Source of the DNA: a virus
Lineage: Duplodnaviria > Caudoviricetes
Reading direction: 5' to 3' (one strand)
Length of the DNA: 53,460 nt
IMG/VR virus record: IMGVR_UViG_3300032224_000722
Coordinates: 1 to 53,460 of that record
How positions within the stretch are numbered: the stretch's first letter is position 1; every line of letters starts with the position of its first letter. Shown in pieces: positions 48,701 to 53,460 of the stretch. A model generated the notes under the pieces. That model saw nothing but the letters and a program-made list of their open reading frames with translations. It searched no databases and had not been told where the DNA came from. The position numbers were made by a program, and so were the translations under genes.

Positions 48701-51700
48701 ACTGGATTGCCGCAAAAGTTGATTGACTGTATTGATTTGCAGGATATAACATGTCAAATGCAACTGCATCAACAATCAATCCTGTGTCACGCTTGCACTT
48801 GGCGCTGTCATACGGGAAGTTTAAGAAACTTTGATTAATATAAGAAATTACTTCTTCTTGAATAAAGCTTCTGTTTAATTGTATTAGCACTTCCGCACTT
48901 GCAAATGCTGGGTCAACTGCACTACCTATATGGATATCAGGTGCGGCTGAAGGACCGTTCTGAATAATATTTGTAATAATATTAGTGCCGTTAGTTAATA
49001 CGGTGCTAGCGATTGCTCCACCTGTTAGTGCTGTATTAATAACTTGAGCATTTGTGGCAGTAGTACCAATTAAATTTGGTGCCGGAGTATTACTGATAAC
49101 CAGCTGTGCTAGAGTATTGATATAATTGATAGCACCGATTGTTTGTGTTGTTTCACCTTGGATGACTGATGTTACACCTCTATAATATCCTAATCCTGAC
49201 TCAACTGCTTTTGCATTACCACCAAAAGATAAATCGTAGGCTAAGTTTTCAACAATAATACCAACGTCTCGGCGACATTTAGCCTGATCGTAAATAAAGT
49301 TTGGCATTGTGTTTACATAAGCAATAATTTCTGCTGTAATAAATGCTTTGTTTGCTTTTAATAATGCGTGGGCATTTTTTCTACTGTTGTCAGTTGATGC
49401 TGTTAGACCAATAGGAATTAATGCAGGTGCTTCTAACGGACCATTACTAATGATACGAGTTAATAAATCAATATCTGTCGTTAATTCTAGTGCCACAGTG
49501 GAACTTGCTTTTGCATTTTCATTCAACACTTGTGGTACTTCTGATTGATAGAAACTAGTTAGTGCCTGGCTTTGGACTACAGCACTTATTAGAGTTGACA
49601 TATATTTGTATGCCATTGTTGTCTGCGTTAGTTCATTAATCAGTGTTGTTGAGTTACTATCGTAACCAAAATATAATGTTCCAGCTTGTATCGCTTGACG
49701 GTTACCGCCACGCAGTAAGTCAAAACTTACACAATCAATCATGTAACCAACGTCACGATAACACTTAGCCTGATCGTACTCAAACGCTGTGCCGTACTGT
49801 GCATTAACATACGCAATAACTTCATTAACAATAAACGAACGGTTAGCCATTAGATAGTTGAATGCTTTTTGTGCATTAGTATCTGAACTAATAGTTAGGC
49901 TTATCGGAGTTGCCGCGGCCGCCGCAGTTGGTCCAATGTTAATAATATTTGTAATTTTATCAACTTTAGATTGCAAGTTAGTAATCTGCAATTGAGTTGC
50001 AATCGGCAAACCTAATTGTTGTGTACTTGGATTACCAGGTGATTTATTAATTGCTTGTCCTAATAAAATTGGACCTACAATTGATTTAATTCTAGCGTAT
50101 GCCGCGATAGTGTTTGCTTGTTCGCCTGGGATAGCACTTGCTGTATCAGAGAATCCGTAGTAGTAAACACCTGATTGAATTGCTTGTCTATTTCCGCCGT
50201 GTAAGATATCAAATGCAATACTATCAACGATGTATCCAGTGTCTCTAAAACACTTATCTTCGTTGTATGAAAAGACATTATAAGTTTTATCAATGTACGC
50301 AGTTAGTTCTGCTTTAATAAATTCTTTATTTGCTTCAATTATTTGAACAGCATTATATACGTTTGCGTTAGAACTTGGTACTAACGGAATCGATGTAGGT
50401 GAGCTTGCTACTAACGGGCCGTTCGCAATAATATTTTTAATTGTAGAAACATTATTTTGTAACAATGTAACTTCTGCGGCTGTTCCTGATGGTAAATTAG
50501 ATACCTGAGTGATTGCTGATTGGTATGGAACAACTGGCGTAGCCGTTGCAATACTTCCAATCAATGTGCTTAGATAAGTGTAAGCCGCAAGAGTTTGTGA
50601 TGTTTCATTTGCGATTGCACTTGAGCTCGGGCTGTAACCGTAGTAGTAAACACCTGATTGGATTGCTTGGCGGTTGCCGCCCCATTTCAAGTCAAATGCA
50701 ACTGAATCGACCATGAAGCCTACATCTCGAGCACATTTAGTTTTATCGTATACGAATCCAGCTGTCTTAGTTGCGTCAACAAATGCAACTGCTTCTGCTT
50801 CTAAGTATAATTTGTTAGCTTCTAATAATGCGTAGGCATTTAAGACACTAGTAGTTGTCTTTGGAGTAATGCCGTTAGGTACAATCTTATCAGTAATGTG
50901 GGCTGTGCCTGTACTCAATATGTTAAGAATTGTAGCAAACTCGCCAGCAATAGTGCTAGCTTCTGATGCTGTTCCTGCCGCATTGAAATTTGTTATTTGC
51001 GTCGATGTTGTATAGCGAACGCCGGTAGTATCATTTAATACAATACGTTGTGCCAGACTTGCGACATAACTGATCGCGGCCGTTGTTGTATTAATTTCAT
51101 TATTAATAGTACCAACATAAGATGTTTGATTCCAATATTGGATACCTGCAAATGTTGTTTGACTTGAGCCACCAAAATATAAATCTTGTACTAGTGCATC
51201 AACAATTAATCCTGTATCACGTTTACATTTAGCTTCGTTATATGTAAAAGTGTTATTCGCATAAGTTGCATCGATATATGCTGTAACTTCTTGCGTGATG
51301 AATTCTCTGTTAGAATGTAATAACGTTGCCGCGTTAATAACATTAGGATTTGAGCTACGTACTAGTCCGATAGGAGATTTAGGAGGAGCTTGGCTTGGGC
51401 CGCTTTGAATAATGTTTTCAAGAGTATCAACAAGCGATTGTACATAGAGTACTTCTGAATTAGATCCACCCAATCCGGAAGTAATTTGTGCTTCCCAAGT
51501 TTGGTATGGACTTGTTGAAAATCCTTGTATAACGCTTGGAAGAATATTTTTAATATGTGTGTAGGCCGCAAGTACTTGTGCAGTCTCGCCTGGGATTGCA
51601 GTTGAACTACCGTTGAATGAGTAATAATACACGCCCGACTGTACTGCTTGACGGTTACCTGTATATAACAAATCGAACGATACACTATCAATCATGTATC

Positions 51701-53460
51701 CAATATCTCGTTGCCATGTAGTACCGTTGTAGGTATACTCGCTTGTTTTAGTTGCTTCAAAGTAAGCCGTAGCTTCAGCGACCAAATATGCTTTATTGGC
51801 CTGTAGAATATTGTATGCATTAGTTACATTGTTGTTTCCGCTTGCAGTAATTCCGTTTGGAACAACTTTGTCAGTTATATGAGCTGTGCCGTTAGTTAGG
51901 ATGTCAACAATCAATGCAAAGTCTGTAGCCACTGTTGCTTTTTCAGAAGCTGTACCTGGAGTAAAACTAACGTTTTGTGTTACTGTTGACTGATATCGTA
52001 CACCACTTGAATCGTTTCCGATAACTTTTTGTGCTAGGCTTGACAGATAGCTAACTGCATTTGTAGTTGTTGTAAATTCACCACCGGTATATCCAGTTTG
52101 ATTCCAATAACTTAATCCTGAGAATGCAGTTTGACTTGATCCTTGGAACAATAAATCTTGTACTAATGCATCGACAATTAATCGTGTATCGCGTTCACAC
52201 TTGGCATGGTTAAACGGAAATACTCCGCGAATAACATCAACATACGCAACTGTTTCTGCTTGGATGTATGAACGATTTGCATTTAAAATATTGTAAGCAC
52301 GTACGATACTTGCTGTTGAGCTTGCAGTTGTATTAGGAATAACTTTATCAGTGACGCCAGCAGTACCATTATTAAGAATGTCAATGATAACACCAAAGTC
52401 ATTAGATATTAATCCTACTTCGTTGGTAGTTGCCGCAGGCAATGTAGTTACCTGTGTAATAGTACTTTGATATCTTGATCCAGCTGTTGAGTTTGTAACT
52501 AATTTTTGTGCAAGTTTACTTGCAAATAAAATTGCGTTAGTTGCTGTGATAATTTCGCTGTCAATTGGTTTAAAATATGTACCTTGATTCCAATATTGTA
52601 AGCCGGCAAAAGTAGACTGGCTGTCTGTAGTAGTTGGATATAACAAGTCAAATGCCAACGCATCGACAATCAATCCTGTGTCACGAGCACACTTAGCTTG
52701 ATCATAGATTGCGTACTGTGCATTAATGTAGGCAATAGTTTCTGCTTGTATAAATGCGCGATTAGCTTCAAGTAATCTAGCGGCATTTAAAATATTAGCA
52801 TTTGAACTCTTGGTCTGCGGAATACTTGTTGGAGCAGATGCAGATGAAGGACCGTTACTAATAATTGTAGTAATAACACCTAAATTATTTCTTAGTGTAG
52901 TTATTTCTGACGATGTAGCAGGTGTTCCTGTAGTCTGTGTGATTGCATATTGATACGTTGGATAAACTGTTGTATTAGATACAATGTCAGAAATTAAACT
53001 ACTGATATGACTATAAGCATTTAATGTTTGTGCCTGTTCTCCGGCGATCGCACTAGCTGTGCTTGAATATCCGTAATAGTAAACACCTGACTGAACTGCT
53101 TGACGATTTCCGCCGTATAGTAAATCAAATGCAATACTGTCAATCATGTAGCCTATATCACGAGCGCACTTTACGCCGTCGTAAGCGAACCCTGGATTAG
53201 TAAAATTCACATAAGCAATAGCTTCTGCTTGTAGATATACTTTGTTTGAAGCTAATAATGCAGATGCATGTTGTACATCGACATTGGTGCTTGCTGTGAT
53301 ACTATTAGGAGCAATGATATCAGTTACATGTGCTGTACCGTTGTTTAAAATATTTAAAATTACATCAAAATCTTTTCCAACCGCAGTTGCTTCAGCCGCT
53401 GTGCCCGGAGTTGGACTTGTAATTTGATTTGCCGCGCTTTGATATCGTGTGCCTGTTAGG
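42789..53460 (-). CDS. Giant virion protein (>3550 aa, 5' end outside the window) made of phycobiliprotein-like helical repeats plus a split beta-helix domain
   Basis: The frame stays open upstream of the track's GTG at 53210 to the window end ([16 protein letters not shown]...[19 protein letters not shown]). It has 19 repeats with a [YF][DN]xxxCxRDxG core. Confidence 0.85.
   Translation of the reverse strand, partial: [3556 protein letters not shown]
43150..53460 (-). repeat. Tandem protein-level repeats, period ~156-163 aa; 19 core motifs in two blocks (12 + 7)
   Basis: Core Cys codons run from 53166-53168 (repeat 1) to 47796-47798 (repeat 12), and from 46068-46070 (repeat 13) to 43260-43262 (repeat 19). 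The repeats are divergent at DNA level. Confidence 0.9.

Noticed and set aside
53208-53210. GTG start of the 3473-aa ORF
   Set aside because: It is an internal Val. The frame is open and repeat-like up to the window edge.
22532-53427. Many plus-strand ORFs of 60-250 aa (P/V/L/T-rich) opposite the giant genes
   Set aside because: They are antisense shadows of G/T/N-rich repetitive coding sequence, with no RBS or promoter and no recognisable motifs.
1-53460. CRISPR array, tRNA or structured ncRNA
   Set aside because: Intergenic gaps are all about 100 bp or less and are explained by promoters, RBSs and terminators. No repeat-spacer pattern or cloverleaf was seen by eye.
1-53460. Stop-codon reassignment
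   Set aside because: Genes up to 13.5 kb are intact in code 11, and TAA, TGA and TAG all appear to end genes.
42789-53460. Calling the repeats bona fide cpcA/apcA genes, or the host a cyanobacterium
   Set aside because: The similarity is motif-level within a fused virion-type polyprotein. No photosynthesis or bilin-synthesis genes are in this window, so the host cannot be inferred.

Overview
This is a 53.5-kb segment of a large T4-superfamily-like myophage genome in the standard genetic code, with almost all genes on the - strand. It holds the virion morphogenesis module: large terminase (truncated at the window start), probable small terminase, gp4-like head-completion nuclease, tail tube plus a tube-like paralog, an enlarged tail sheath, dNMP kinase, neck/tail-terminator proteins gp13/gp14/gp15 and a NUDIX hydrolase. 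Next come a cassette with a 2OG-Fe(II) oxygenase and a flavin-dependent halogenase, and about 35 kb of giant fibre/virion genes (887, 4519, 2181 and >3550 aa). The most striking observation is the last giant ORF, which runs off the window end. It is built from at least 19 tandem ~160-aa helical repeats centred on K-C-x-R-D-x-G-[YL]...D-L-x-x-G-G. This closely resembles the bilin-attachment helix of phycobiliproteins (phycocyanin alpha KCARDIGYY...GG), so the protein may be a poly-phycobiliprotein-like, possibly pigment-binding, virion protein. Also notable are TAAATA/TAAGTA late promoters placed exactly 5 nt before several ATGs (probably leaderless mRNAs), and tailoring enzymes next to the fibre genes. 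All assignments come from motif recognition by eye; no database searches were run.
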